A DNA stretch of 64,000 nucleotides from Psilocybe cubensis (lineage: Eukaryota): positions 3,286,001-3,350,000 of the forward strand of contig CM038999.1 of NCBI GenBank assembly GCA_017499595.2, read 5' to 3'. Below the pieces are notes generated by a model. That model searched no databases. It saw only the letters and a program-made list of their open reading frames with translations, and was not told where the DNA came from. The translations under genes and the position numbers were made by a program. This document shows, one piece after another, positions 1 to 14,579 of this stretch (position 1 is its first letter; every line of letters begins with the position of its first letter).

Positions 1-601
1 AAAATGCCTTCTATTGCCGACAGGTGCCTCGAGGTCAACTTGAGGCGTCCTGAGGCACCCAAATCGGATGGACGCAATTCAAGAATTGCAACAAAGCACA
101 CGAATCTCGAAGTTAGACGTACATTTGGCGGGAAACTCACGCTGATTGACCTGATATAGCACTGCTGCCTTCTTAATGATGAATGCGATAATCAAAGGGA
201 TCTCTTGTCATTGGGAAATTTTTTTGAAATGGTGCCTCAAATAATAGTTGCCACAGGGTTAATTGCTTACATGAAAGTTTGGAGACCACTATCTGGGATC
301 TGAGACATGCACTATATAAAAGCCCCAAGTCTCCCATTTTCCAATTGACCCTTCCTGTTCTTCCCACTTCAATGAGCCCTGCAAAGGCTCTAACAAAACA
401 CGAAAGTCTTTCATTCAAGTTTTTGTCCCTGACTTGTTACTAGAGTTACCTTTGACTTGCATTGACCCTATATCCTCTTGTTTTACCTGGTTCCAGAACA
501 GACTGCACCATCTGGAACACATAAAACTCGGAATATAGACATTGTTCAAAACCATTCCCGAGACATTGTCTGTTGCAGGCCACAAATAACCCTCCCCGGA
601 A

Positions 602-1916
602 ATGAATGTAAACTTTACTTTTGACCCACAACCACAAGCAAAACACCGCTTACGTGACGATGCTCTCAAAATATTCGAGGGTAAACACTGCTCACCATAT
701 TAAATGGACCGTGGTACTCACTTCTTTTTTTTATTTTCCTCCTCTCAGATTACTGGCATCAAAACATTGGACAAACACCATCACATGTCATGAGGCGCAT
801 TCTAACAAATCAAGTCAAGGTGATTGGATCAAATTAACACCCTTCAAGCTTGCACCATTTTAAGCCATTATAGCAAATACCAGGGCATGAATATTACACA
901 TCTGCACTCACAAAGTCGTGGTTTGAACGAAGAGTAAAGAAATGGCGCCAATCTGGGGGTATGTGTATCAGAATAAGCGCATATATGCACCCAGCCCGCT
1001 CAAATTCCATCATTTTCTTTCAGCACCATCGTCCACGCTAACGGCGCGTGCGATCGAGCAACTAACGGTCTTGCTGCGCGACCAACCAGAACCTTCGCAA
1101 GTAGCGGTGGAAACATGGGCATCCATGCTTGCATCGCACGGCGTTGCGTACCAGGATGTGATCAACTGGGTGAACACAAACAAGCTCAACGTTAACAAAC
1201 CCCCTACAAACACTCGTCTACCCACTCCGGCCGATACAGCGTCGCCTTCACACTCGCCTTCGCTGCCACCGTCATCGCCTGTAATAAACCACACGGAAAC
1301 TCAGAATAACAATTATCCAAGTACCACTAGTGTGAAGCGGGAGCTCCTGCAGTCGCCGACGTTGGCCCCGCTCATAATTCCCAATGCGACTGTTACACAA
1401 CATACCAATGTTTACGTGCCGAGTCATCAAGCGGCTGGCAGATATCCACCATCCTCATCCGCCTCGCTAGCTTCCAATTCCAGTATATCATCCTCACGGC
1501 CTCCCCCAACACCTGTATCACCTGTTGGAGCCGCAGTTCAATCCGCATCCGCATTTCCTGCTAGGATAAAAAACTTGTCTCATCCTAATGCAAATACGGC
1601 AGAGCATTCTTCCGTTAAAGTTGTTGATCCTCGTCTATTACGGCAGCAGCAGCAACAACAACAACAGCAGCAGCAACAACAGCAGCAACAGCAACAGCAA
1701 TCTCTACCCACACATTCATCCGCACAGCCACAAGAATGCTCAAAGCCTACAATTACTCCTTTGTTTCATGCAATATTGCAAGGAGTTGCAGACGCCACGT
1801 CAACTCCAACTACCCAAGATACAGCTCGTCCTTTATCGTCCACCGAGTTTAACCAAATGTTTGAACTCTACGAAGAACAAATGAACCAACTTATGCAATC
1901 TCTTGAAAACTCATAA
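602..1916 (+). CDS. Atypical tandem homeodomain-like protein with Pro/Ser-rich region and poly-Q tract (putative transcription factor)
   Basis: Exons 602-680, 749-819, 874-958 and 1024-1916 join in frame via GT-AG introns. An in-frame TAA at 587 lies upstream of the ATG. The spliced N-terminus is ...KHRLRDDALKIFEDYWHQNIGQTPSHVMRRILTNQVKQIPGHEYYTSALTKSWFERRVKKW, with a homeodomain helix-3-like WFxRR. A second helical unit LTARAIEQLTVLLRDQPEPSQVAVETWASML...VINWV follows. Confidence 0.7.
1644..1700 (+). repeat. Mixed CAG/CAA repeat encoding 19 Gln
   Basis: Read directly; in frame within the 602-1916 gene. Confidence 0.95.
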
Positions 1917-2080
1917 ATATATGCAACACAACTTCCTTTCTTGTATACATTCTGTATGTCAACACTTCTGCAAACATCCCTTCAATCACTAATGTGTTTT
2001 TTTTTAAAAAAAAAAAAGAAGAAAAATGGTTATCTGTACTAGCTATTGTGTAATTGCTTTCTATGCTTCGCTTTCGTTAC

Positions 2081-2117
2081 TTGAGAGTGAGTGATGGGGA
2101 TCATCACTCACTCTCAA
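2081..2117. repeat. Perfect 16-bp inverted repeat (hairpin, 5-nt loop)
   Basis: TTGAGAGTGAGTGATG (2081-2096), loop GGGAT, CATCACTCACTCTCAA (2102-2117). Lies between two convergent genes. Confidence 0.9.
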
Positions 2118-2346
2118 CTAATACCCTATTACCCCCTCATTTCCTTTAGAAAGGGTTCACACAATGATACCATAGCACACTGCCGCAAAAGATACAAGTA
2201 ATAAACTATTATAGAAGTATCATATTATACTACAGATCTACATTGTACGCGTCCCATGTATTCTACACAAGATTCTCGAAGGGCGTCGAGTCAAATATAA
2301 ACATATAAATAAAATGGGGGGATATAATCAAACCGTGGAAGGTATG

Positions 2347-5300
2347 CTAATAATATAACCGCGATTCCTCGAAAAAGTCCCAATCGTCTTCGATGAACGC
2401 GAGCATGTAATCAACAACAGAACCGCCACCATACTCTCGATCTTCATTGCCAGCAGGGCCAACACCACCATCCATCTCAACATCATCACCCAAATTGTCC
2501 TGTGTCATATCGACTTCATCAGCGGGCGTTGATCTGGCCCGTGTGTTGTTTGCAGCCATCTCGCCAAAGTCGTCCTCATCAGCACCCACCAAGGAGATCT
2601 CCTCACGCGCGGCAATCATCGCAGCGCGCCTATCTTCTGCGTCCTCAAAGTTCTCCAGTGCCTTTGTCAACGCGCCTTCGTCTTTGAACAGCGTGCGCCA
2701 GTCGAATTCGCCCTTTTGAATGACAAGGTCGTCCAGTGATCGTTTTTGATTGGCTTTCAGCAACATCGCTTCCTCTACTGTGTGTTGGGATATAAAACGG
2801 TATATGTGGACATCACGGATTTGGCCAATGCGATGTGCTCTGTGGGCGGCCAAGTATGAGTATAACCACACTTTGCTAAAAATCGGTCGGGAAAGCACTT
2901 ACCGGTCCTCGCATTGTTTGTCCATCTGGGGATTGAAGTCGCTATCGTAGAAAATGACTGTATCGGCTCCTGTCAAACTGTTGAACGAAAAAAAAAAAAT
3001 ATTTAGCACACAGAGTCGCTTAAAATATAATGAAAAAGTGACTTTGACTTACTTGATGCCCACCCCACCGGATCTGGATGAGGCAATGAAGCAGAATATT
3101 CTTGGATCAGCATTGAATCGCTCAGTGATGTATTGCCGATCCTCAATTTTGGTAGCTCCGTCGAGTCGGAGGTAGAGGTAACCATGGAAGTTGAGGAAGA
3201 TTTCCAAGATATCCAAAATACGAGTCATCTGCGTAAAAATTAACACCCGGTGACCTCCGCTTTTCTTTTCCCGCAGCAATGTAGCCAGTCGCTGCAGTTT
3301 GCCGCAGTCGTACTGGAGCAATGATGGATCTGGAAATGCGATCTGCAATTTGACGGTGGCTCGGTGCAGAACACTGTCGAAATCCAAAGGTTGCGCCTGA
3401 ATCGTATCCTGATACCCAGATAGAGCGAGACGAGGCAAATCCAGAGCGACTACAGCAGGGGTAACGAAGGCAAAATTATCAATCAAGTTTTCCATTTCCT
3501 TCGCTCTGGTTGCGTACGATTTGACAGCTTGGTTAACACGATCTACATTGTCTAGATATGTCGCGGAAGGATTGAGGTTGGTCAAAGGAACAATCGGTTT
3601 TGTCATCCGTTCGACAACAGATATCATTTCTTCAGGGTAGAATGGCATTCTTGAACAACGAATATTGTTGAGATATCCTAAGTGGTTCCAGCGAGCGATA
3701 TCATTTGCTTTCTTGACGTAAGCCGAATATTTCTTGAAACCAGCAACGGTACGAAAATCTTTGGGCGGAGGGTCGTCCAATGTTTCTGCGTAATAGGGAA
3801 ACAATTTGGTCGCGTTCAAATTTCGCGTCGGTATGGAAGTCATAAGCGGCACGTTTTGGTGATCAACAAAACGAAGCCCCACAACATTCAAATCGACAGT
3901 CTCATCCTCATCCATTAGCAACCTTCTTCGCACCAGTAGCTCCTTGATTTCATAATCGGCAATGGCAGATCGGGTCATAGCAAAAGAGGTAACAATTGGT
4001 CGAACCTCAAAAAGATCTGGATGGTTGCATACTTTTCGTAGTTGCATCAAGACATTTGCAATTTTCTGGTAAACCCCTGACTCCAATGCATCTTTGGTTT
4101 GTGCTCGGGACATGAATTCGTCGTAGAGGAAACGCTGCCGTTTGGAAAGTGGACATAGGGTAAGATGATCAAATTTGCTGGGAAGTTCTTTCTCGACATC
4201 TCGCTTGAGTCTGCGGAGAAGGTAAGGCCGCAAGACGGTGTGTAACTTAGAGACACGTTGCATTGTTTCGTCATCGTAGGTTCCTCCCATTTCAATTGCC
4301 TTTTCCAACGGGTCTGTTAAATGAAATTAGAAGACATATATGTATGATAATTAGAAACCTTACTCGAAAACCACTCTCCAAACTCTTTCAAGTTGGCAAA
4401 GTTGGCCCCAGACATTAGGAATTGAAGGAGAGCCCAAAGTTCAGTAAGATTGTTTTGAAGGGGTGTTCCCGTTAACAGGAGCCTTCGGAATGATCTGAAC
4501 ATGAGAAGAATGTTCCACCGTTGAGATTTGAAATTTTTGATCATATGTGCCTCGTCAAGGATCATATAATACCACGGCTTTCGTTTGAAGATGTGTGCAT
4601 CTCTGCTTGCCAAAGTGTACGATGTTATGCAGACGTTGAAATGATGCTTATCATTCCACCCTTGACGGAGTTCCTTGCGTCGCTTCGTGCTGCCGTGGTA
4701 GCTGAGAACCCTGAAGCCAGGCAAAAACTTTTTGAATTCCATTTCCCAGTTTAGCAAAACGCTGGTGGGTACAACCTACAGATAGATTAGCATAGAAATT
4801 GAAGCAATATATGTATACGTACAATCAGATGTGGGCCCCAAATGCCACGGTCGCAAGCCAAATGGGCAAGTAACGCAATAGTCTGAATAGTTTTTCTGAA
4901 AATGTAATTTATGTCAACAATCGACTCTCACAATAGAAGCTACAAGGATACACACCCCAAACCCATTTCGTCTGCCAAAATTCCGTTCAACCTATTGAGA
5001 TGAAGACTTGCTAACCATTCCAACCCTGATTGCTGATACGGTCGCAAAACTCCACGAAGTAAAAGAGGAGGAGTAATTTTGGCCTCCGGGTCCCAGTCCA
5101 CAGGAGCAACAGCATACGGTTTGAGGTATTCTGGAATGTGTGCCTCCAGATCACCATCAAACTCTGGGAGATCCTTTTCAGGCGTATTTGGCTTTTTAGA
5201 GACGTTGATCGCTTCAGGCTCATCCACAATCTCGTTATCAGCACTTGGGAGATCAACCATTTCAGAATCCTCTGCATTGTCAGACAGGACAGGTGGAACG

Positions 5301-8300
5301 TCCCTGTCAGTGTTAAGAACATTGGTTTTGGGAGACGCAGAGGCCGCTTGGGGTGGTCCTGAGCGAGTTGTCGAGTCGTTGGGTTCAACATCTTCGTTGT
5401 TCTCAGGTCCAATGTCTGATTCGGATTGTGATACATAGTCTAGACCCAGCGTATTATGCGATACTGATTCAGGTAATGGTTCCGAGCCTTGCATTGGAAT
5501 ATCGCTGCTACCTGCTTTAAGAAGGTCGGATGGATGTAGAACAGAAACTTTAAGTGGTCGTTGAGGAGATGATTCAGGTTCCGGTATCGCCAGGTTTTCC
5601 AGAGTCCGATCAAAGGAGTTGTTAGAATCCATATCATCATCTCGCTGGTCCAAACCGCTATTTAGAAGCTGCGCTGTGGACACTTCTGGGTCATCCAGTT
5701 CGGTATGTTCAGAATCGAATGCTTCGGTAGTGGCACGCGACGCAAGAGACCGTGGTGTAGATAGTAGGGGGTCTAAGTTGTCTACACCCATTTCATTGAC
5801 AGAACTCTCGCCTAGCAGACTTTGGGTGCCAGCGTCATCATTTTCATCGTCGTTGTCCTCCTCCTCATCGTCATCTTCGTCGTCACCATCATCACCCTCA
5901 CCATCATTTTCATCTGCTTCGTCGTCATCCTCATCTGTGTCGAAATCGTGCATACTCCCAGAGCTACTACGAGAGCCATACATGTCGCCGCGCAATAAAT
6001 CCCCCTGTTGAGTTTCAAGAAGTTGACCTGATTGATCCAAAATGGCATCGAGATGTTCACGCCCAAGCCGGCGCTCCTCTGCTTCTTCCTCCAGTCTCTG
6101 TTGCTCTCTTAGATGCTAAGCATGTAATTGGTCAGTCAACCTGCTTGATAACAAGGCGCTGAAAAAATCTTACATAAACAGCTTTCTTCCATTCTCCAAT
6201 GACTATCATCATGGTGGATTTGGCAAGTTTCCGTAACCGTTTCTCCTCTGCCTCTTTGGCTTTAGCTTTCCTTGACTCTAATCCATCGAAGTGTGCCTGT
6301 AGTTTCGATGAAATTTGCGACGTTATCTGTAAACCAATGGATTTTTTAGGTTTGGCCTTGCCCCTAGCTATAACCGCTTCCACAATGTGATCCCATGTGT
6401 CCGTAGTTGATCGCTGTGGACTGGTGTGCTCGACAGTCGGAGGTTCAGTGCCAAAGAGAACATCAGTTCCCGGGATAAACCTTCCCTCCCTATTGAAGCG
6501 CACAACTTGTTCTCTGATGGAGGCCTCCGATTTGGCCTCTTCCTCCAGAGCGGACATTGTCATGTCTTCTTCATCGATATTGATATAGGAAGATAGAAAA
6601 GAAGGCAAAGATGAATTGAATTTCGGTTCAGGAGGAAATTGACGAGGACTTGAGATCAATGGAGGAGGTCGGCGGACAATTAATTTGATCCGCTTGATTT
6701 TGGAAGGAGAAGGAAGGACTACATTTGATTGGATTGCAAGAGGTTCACGTAAAGGAGCTCGGTCCTCGTCTGCAACAGGTGGTTTGAGCTACAAGATGAA
6801 TGTTTAGCTATATCCATAAATTTGGAGACGCATCATTTTTACCTTGATTTTGGGTGCTTTTGGCTGGACACTTCCAGGAGTAGGGATGTTAAACCTTTCA
6901 CTGCGCCTTTTGAGATTTGTTGATATCGATTCCTCCGGTGTCTCTGTGAAGCAAGGTGCCATATCATTCGTATGTGCATTCGAAGACGTTTTCCCTGCAT
7001 TGTTCATGACATCCAGGGAGACCGCCTGCTTCTCGTGGTCGGAGTGCCGCCTTTTCTTCCCTGTGACACTATGAGGTTTTCCAAGGGTTGTTAAATCCAC
7101 GAATGGCGCTGCAGCAACGATAGGTGAAGCATTATTGGATTTTATTGGTATTGATACCGTATCGGGTTCTTTCACATTTCGTGCCGATTTCCGGCGTACA
7201 ACAAATTCGGGCAGGTCTACGGGGGCAGAGACTGCGACCACGTCCGCTGCTGGCTGGTTGATCACAGTCGGGGAAGGCGGAGAAGGCGCAGACGTTGCTG
7301 GTATCGGAACTACATTTGATATCGTTTTGGAATTGGGTACTGTAACATGTTGCTCCGATTTGCGGTTAACAACAACCACTGAATCCTCGGGCACGGTAGA
7401 GGTAGTATCTGCAACGATTGCTGGTTGTTCACCAAGAGCTTCATGGGATGGTGTTGCAAATTTGGAGGTCGAAGGAGCGAGGTTCTCCGCAGGCGGTGAA
7501 GGAATGGAAGCTGAACCAAGATCATGAACAATGGGTAAGACGGAGACGGAGATGGGTGCAGAAATTGGTTCAGGAGGATAACGCGTAATAATTCGTGGCG
7601 CTGAGGATATGGATTCCTTTGTCGGTTCTTGTTCTTGTTCTTTCCTCTTTCCTTTTCCTTTTGTAGCTGCATTGTGCAACGTTTCCATTATCTCTGATGA
7701 GTTCATCTTTGATTTTCCTTTGCGTCTGGATGGCTGAGGTTGCGACAGAGAGGATGATATTGATGGGTTGGAAAGTATTTGACGCCGTTCATTATGTCTT
7801 CCGCGAGTTTGCCGTGAAGGTCCAGCAGATGGGGTGACATTATCAATAAGATCGTACTTCGACTTGTACTAGAGAACAATGTTAGTATGTCTTGAACAAC
7901 CAGTTGTGAGTAACGTGTAACCTGACCTCTCTAAACACAACAGTGCGATCTTTTTTGGCTTCCTGTAAGCAGGCTACGTCAGTATTGCTAACCGAGGCAC
8001 GTAAATTACTTACTGCAGGATCGTATGAGAGCATCATGGTGAAGTTCTCCATGTGGAAGAGCTCCCTGACCTACACAGCGAGAAGAAGAATGAATGGGTA
8101 TAGTCATAAAAGACGTACAAAGAACATACCAAGTCATCGTGTCGGTCGACTACTTGTTCCAACTCTACCTGTTTATTCGCCAACAACGCTGCTCTTTCGA
8201 ACTCTAATGTGTCCGCCGTGGATTCTACCACCTGTGCGCTTCGCCGAGTTCTCTTCTTCAAATCGTTGACCTCTTCCGCATCGTCAATAAATACCGAGCG

Positions 8301-8378
8301 TGCGGATGCGCGCACTCTACTCCTCGTCCCCGATACCCCGCTCCCGGCCACAGACCCATTCGTTCCGTTCCAAGACAT
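2347..8378 (-). CDS. SWR1: SWR1 chromatin-remodelling Snf2-family helicase (multi-exon)
   Basis: [73 protein letters not shown], a split-ATPase insertion, [20 protein letters not shown] and DRAHRIGQ. An HSA-like helix and acidic tract lie upstream. Joining of the 5' exons (to ATG 8378) is inferred. Confidence 0.93.
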
Positions 8379-8877
8379 GCGAATATCATGAACAGTGTGC
8401 TCCTACTGTTAGAGTGTTCGACCAAGACCGCGCATTCCTCTCTTGCGTTCAAGTTGGTGGCGTGAGTGATCACACGGTGCAGTAACGACGACAAAGGCCT
8501 AATCTTCAGAAATTCTGGGTGGTTTGAGGTAATTCTTGGATGGACCGGTAGCCAAACGTGTGGAGAAGTCGATTGAATTAACGCTGTAAGCTGGTTATGG
8601 CGGACGCGCCCTGTGTTTGCAAGAAGATACCCTTTGGGCTGGCATTATTTTTTGGTAGCTGATACGCCTTTGTTTGGCTATGACAAACACCCTTTACAAC
8701 CATGTAATGACGAAACTAATAGACAATATTATCGCAACCCTAATTCAGATGCACCGAATGTATAGTTGTTCGTGGTATTGATTCATGACTCGTCTCTAAA
8801 CATCGGTATCGGTACATACATACATAGAGCATTAAATAATAAGGTATAGAGTCTGTACAAGGCCACACCTGTGGGAC

Positions 8878-10315
<1,438 letters not shown>

Positions 10316-11080
10316 ATAACTCGACGTGGTAAGAGGGTATGTGAGCGATCTAGTCGTGGGCCGTCGTTGTGGGGTGTGGGGAGAAAAGAATCTACAGAAC
10401 TCCTTTCAATTATCCATTGTTCGATTAAGCGATATTGATAGGAACCGGTGCATCACATGACCAAATACAAGGGCAGCCAGGGGCAATTCGGCCAGTACAA
10501 AGACGACCATCGCTGGAACAAGGTCGCTCACCGTCTTCTTTTGATTCTATCATCCCTCAATCTCCACGGCAACTTAGGGACCGGCACATAGTTTATGTTA
10601 GTTCTCTCCTCGATTATGAAAACATACGTTTGCCATTTCAACACTTCTGACCCCGGAATCATCCGTCCGTAGTATGTCCGACACAATTTCTTCCTACGTC
10701 CATTTTTTTCAGAACCATAATAATATTCATTGTCGCACGACTCTTGAATTTGCTTACCACTGTGCGAGAGGGATATGTGATACGATAGACTATGATTAGA
10801 GACCATGATCGTCGTCGTTCGACTAATTTCTCTCTCAAAGACATCACGAACTGCCACGACATCAAGGTGTCGAGTGTGGCTGTCTGCTCGGTGATCCAGC
10901 CAGTTGAGCGTCCCTGACGTTTTCTTTTCTCGGTGATTCTTTTTCGGTGATCTTGCTCGTTTAAATTGACGCATAGAACAATTGCGGTGTGTATCTATAT
11001 TCAGTAATTGACAAGGAGTATGATGTGCTGCCTTGCCGCACAATGCACATGGGCCCGTGAGGAATTAAAGGATCAACGCG

Positions 11081-13032
11081 TCAACTGAGACCAGGCAGTG
11101 TCGAGGAGATGCGTTTAGCCATGGATTGCCACCCCGCTTGACAATTCTTCAGGATGGATCTCTCGGTGATCACCAGAGAGACTGCCAGACGCGTCCGTGT
11201 GTTGCCTTTCGGTAGTTCCTGGAGTTCATGATTCACGATAAGAATCAGACAATCAAAAATTCCAAGGTAAATGATAACATACGTCTAGCAGCTTGAAAAG
11301 ATCATAGTCAAAAGAACCAGGCTTTCCGCTGTTCCGTCCTCGGTGATCGCAAAGAGCGACACTCAAATTACTCATCCCTCTCAAAAGTTCGACTGCTGCT
11401 TTGTCGGCTTTCCCGGATTTGTTGAAAACAGGATCATTTTCATAAATCTGACCTTCATCGTCACCCTCTAAAGCCTCTAATGTGGTTTGTAGCTTCAAAA
11501 CATCCAGAGCTAATGCGGCGGGGTCCACATCAAAGTTTTTGTTGCTCTGTCGATATCGTATGAGGGATAACACAAAAAGAAGCGCCCACAGTGGATGTGA
11601 TAACCCTTCGTATTTGACGAAAAAGTGCTCCTCTTTGGTGTCTTCATAGTAAACAAGGTCGGATTGAGTAGAAAGAAGCTTCTCCACCTCTTCTACTTCT
11701 AATGCAGTTAGAACCTGAAACATATATGTCACAATATTTCGCCTCTCTGTTGTCGGTAGCCGTTCGATAAGGAATAGGTCGGTGTAAAGTTCTTGGACTA
11801 CATTATACATTGTCCAAGACAGACGCATGTTGTCGTTGGTCTCTAGCATAAAACCATACTGGTTTAGGAGTTGAGAATTTGAAAGAGTTTCTCCGTATGT
11901 ATTGAAGACTTCTGTATCTGGTGGTATACCGGCATTGGTGACCATCAAGAGGCTTGTATCCAGGTTGTCTTCCTGGTTCTCCGAGCTTGCAAGTTTGTGT
12001 TCGACATCCGTGAGATCGTCTTTATCGTGGGGACATTCTTGCAAGGAGCCGCATTCCGGACACACATTATAATCGCTCTGACGAACATGTGGTTAATAAT
12101 TTGATTAAATTTGCAACCTACATACCTCAAGATGTACTTGATTATCAGCGCCGTGGTTGAAACTGGTATCTGTAAGTAAGTACCGAGTTGTTGAGATAAA
12201 ACTAGACTTAAACGCACACATCGGCAATCGGTACCATTGACAAACCATGATACGCATCCACAAGAAAAGCACGAGACGAAACCAAAGAGAACGCGTGATG
12301 AAACCCCATCAGCGTTGGCTTAGATTCCTGGAGATGAAGCAAAAGGAGGGATTCGGCTGTATTATAATAGAACTTGTCAATTTCTTCCTGATTATGGATA
12401 CAGGTAAGATGAATCTGGCATTTAATCAGATGGTTTTCTACTTACTAGTTTTGTCAAGTTATCGTCGTTCTTAGCTTGAAGCAATTTACCAGCTTCCGTT
12501 CCAGTCAGCCAGTCCAGCGCGTCCATTGAATCCTGAGAGTTCGCATCTAATCCCCAAAACATAGGAAGGTCGACCTTCTCAGGCATGGCGTCGATATACG
12601 CGGACCATTTCGATTTAGAACCTTTTAGTCTGTAAAATGCAACAGGTATAATTGAAAAACAGGTATATGATTTGTGTGGAAATCGTACTATACATTTCTG
12701 CATACAGTGCCGTGGATAATGAAAGTTGTGCACCGAGTCCATACGGGTTAAAGGGAATATGACTTGCCAGTGAACATGTTCTGACTGACAGTATGGTGTC
12801 CTTGGGTATCCTCACCACTTCGGTTCAGTGAGTTGTGGTTCATTGTCAATTTGTCGGAATGCATCAAAAGGAAAAACGTACAGGTTTGCTTGGGAGAAAT
12901 GAAGGCATTTGTAGTGTAGACCCCAATTCCATCATGCTCATCTAACCCGATCTTAATCCTAGAATCAATAAAGAGGCCATTCGCTGTGCACCATTCCAAT
13001 AAGGCATTCACTGGCACTGGTTGATTGGGCAT
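11081..13032 (-). CDS. SET-domain lysine methyltransferase (Rkm3/SETD6-like)
   Basis: LLEWCTANG..IDSRI, VVRIPKDTILS, SKWSAYIDAMP, SSRAFLVDAYHGLSMVPIAD..FNH, VCPECGSLQECPHD, EVFNTYGETLSNSQLLNQYGF. Last exon ELPKGNTRTRLAVSLVITERSIL...PGLS*. Confidence 0.85.
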
Positions 13033-13303
13033 TCCAGATCGTCTGGTCTCCTGTCGGATGAAAGAAATTCTCAAATACAAAAAGGCCCTTATGAGATTGA
13101 ATGAGATGAGGCAGTGGAATAATCTTTATTGTTGGTGTACTCGGCGGAGGTAAGTGACGGCGAGACAGAAAAGAGATGAATGATTGCAGAGAAGACGAAC
13201 AGTATGAGTTTGAGACATTGTTTGCATCATGTGTCAATGGGATTCGGTCCAAACAATACTCACACATCCTGTTTGTCGCGACTAGTCACCAAAATATCGC
13301 ACA

Positions 13304-13754
13304 ATGCCTCGACTACCGCTGGTGGATATACTCCATAGAGGAGTAGTGTATTCGTTAGCTGGGCTGACTGTGTACGGCGTGGTTATGTCAGTTCTCATCC
13401 ATCGGGACACTATCCGAAGGGGCGAAGGTGTGTAAATATTTCCTCGTATGCATAGCATGCACTTACCATCATTCTGGGAATACAGAGGTGTGTTGTTTCA
13501 TGTATAGTCTCTGTCAATCGGTTTAATCAAACCCTCCAGATCATGCTTGAAAGAAAGGCATTGGGATTGCCACTAACCAAACCTAAGAAGGAGGTACGTA
13601 GAAAATAAATCCGCAGCTTTTTTACTTCCGATATTAAGAACATATATTACGATGTGTGCATCGCCTCGCATGCTTCCAGGAAATCTCAGAAGAAGTCGAA
13701 CAGACGCTCGCAGAACAGGCACAGGCCATCTTCAAAAACAGACGCCCTTCATAA
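13304..13754 (+). CDS. Small single-TM protein, COX14-like cytochrome c oxidase assembly factor (84 aa, not in ORF track)
   Basis: Exons 13304-13427, 13486-13487, 13540-13593 and 13680-13754 give MPRLPLVDILHRGVVYSLAGLTVYGVVMSVLIHRDTIRRGEEIMLERKALGLPLTKPKKEEISEEVEQTLAEQAQAIFKNRRPS*. D-x-x-H-R followed by a hydrophobic helix resembles yeast Cox14 (DTIHRLTVLTLVG). Confidence 0.7.
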
Positions 13755-14579
13755 TTCTCTCCGGATCTCGGAGTGCGTTACAGATGGATGTCCCATTATG
13801 TTTGCCTACTCTATCCGGATTCGCGTGAATACACGTCGCGTCGCCCATCGTCCCTATCCAGGGTGAATTCCACATATTTGGACTACCCAAAAGTATTCTG
13901 ACATACTATCAAATCCCTTTAAACACGACTATACTGCCCCTAGCGTCCGTTGCTCCCTAGAAACCTACGTCATTGTAGATGAAGACTTGTTCATCCAAAT
14001 ATCTATCATTTGCAGAATGATAGTTTCTAGTGCGATGCGAGTCCGATTGAGACTATATATATTAAGAATCTATGTACTTTTCTCCTTCTCTGTTTGATAT
14101 CAGTCAATCTTTTTGCATTGCCTTGCCCCAGAACGAGCAAGACGCCAACTTTCGAAACGAACAAGGACAACAGTGTATATTTATGGAAGGATTGGGACAT
14201 TGAGTTATGCTACAGAAAGCTACCTGATATGCGAGTGTAAATGGTGGTGATAATGACAAAGTTGTAAAATGCCAGGAACTATAAGTCGGGATGTCCTTCT
14301 ATAAATACAAAATGACAAACAATAAAAGAGACGAAACATGAAGAGGACAAAGTGGAGAAGCAAGATGTAGTATAATATTATTAAGGGAAATATAGTATAG
14401 ATACTAATGCCTGATTAATGGGTCACCGAAGTCGTTAAATACCAAAGGTGTTCGGGGGCGTTGTCTAATGTGTCAGTCATATGTGGTCTATTGATGATTG
14501 ACGAGATTGTATCGATCGTATGTATGAGCGCGAGCGGTGGATGATTGGCGAAGGGACGTCTATTTGGGCCGAAAACTGT

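Noticed and set aside
10435-11043. ORFs between the PKA and SET genes
   Set aside because: No domain similarity or clear splice support; likely promoter and UTR sequence.
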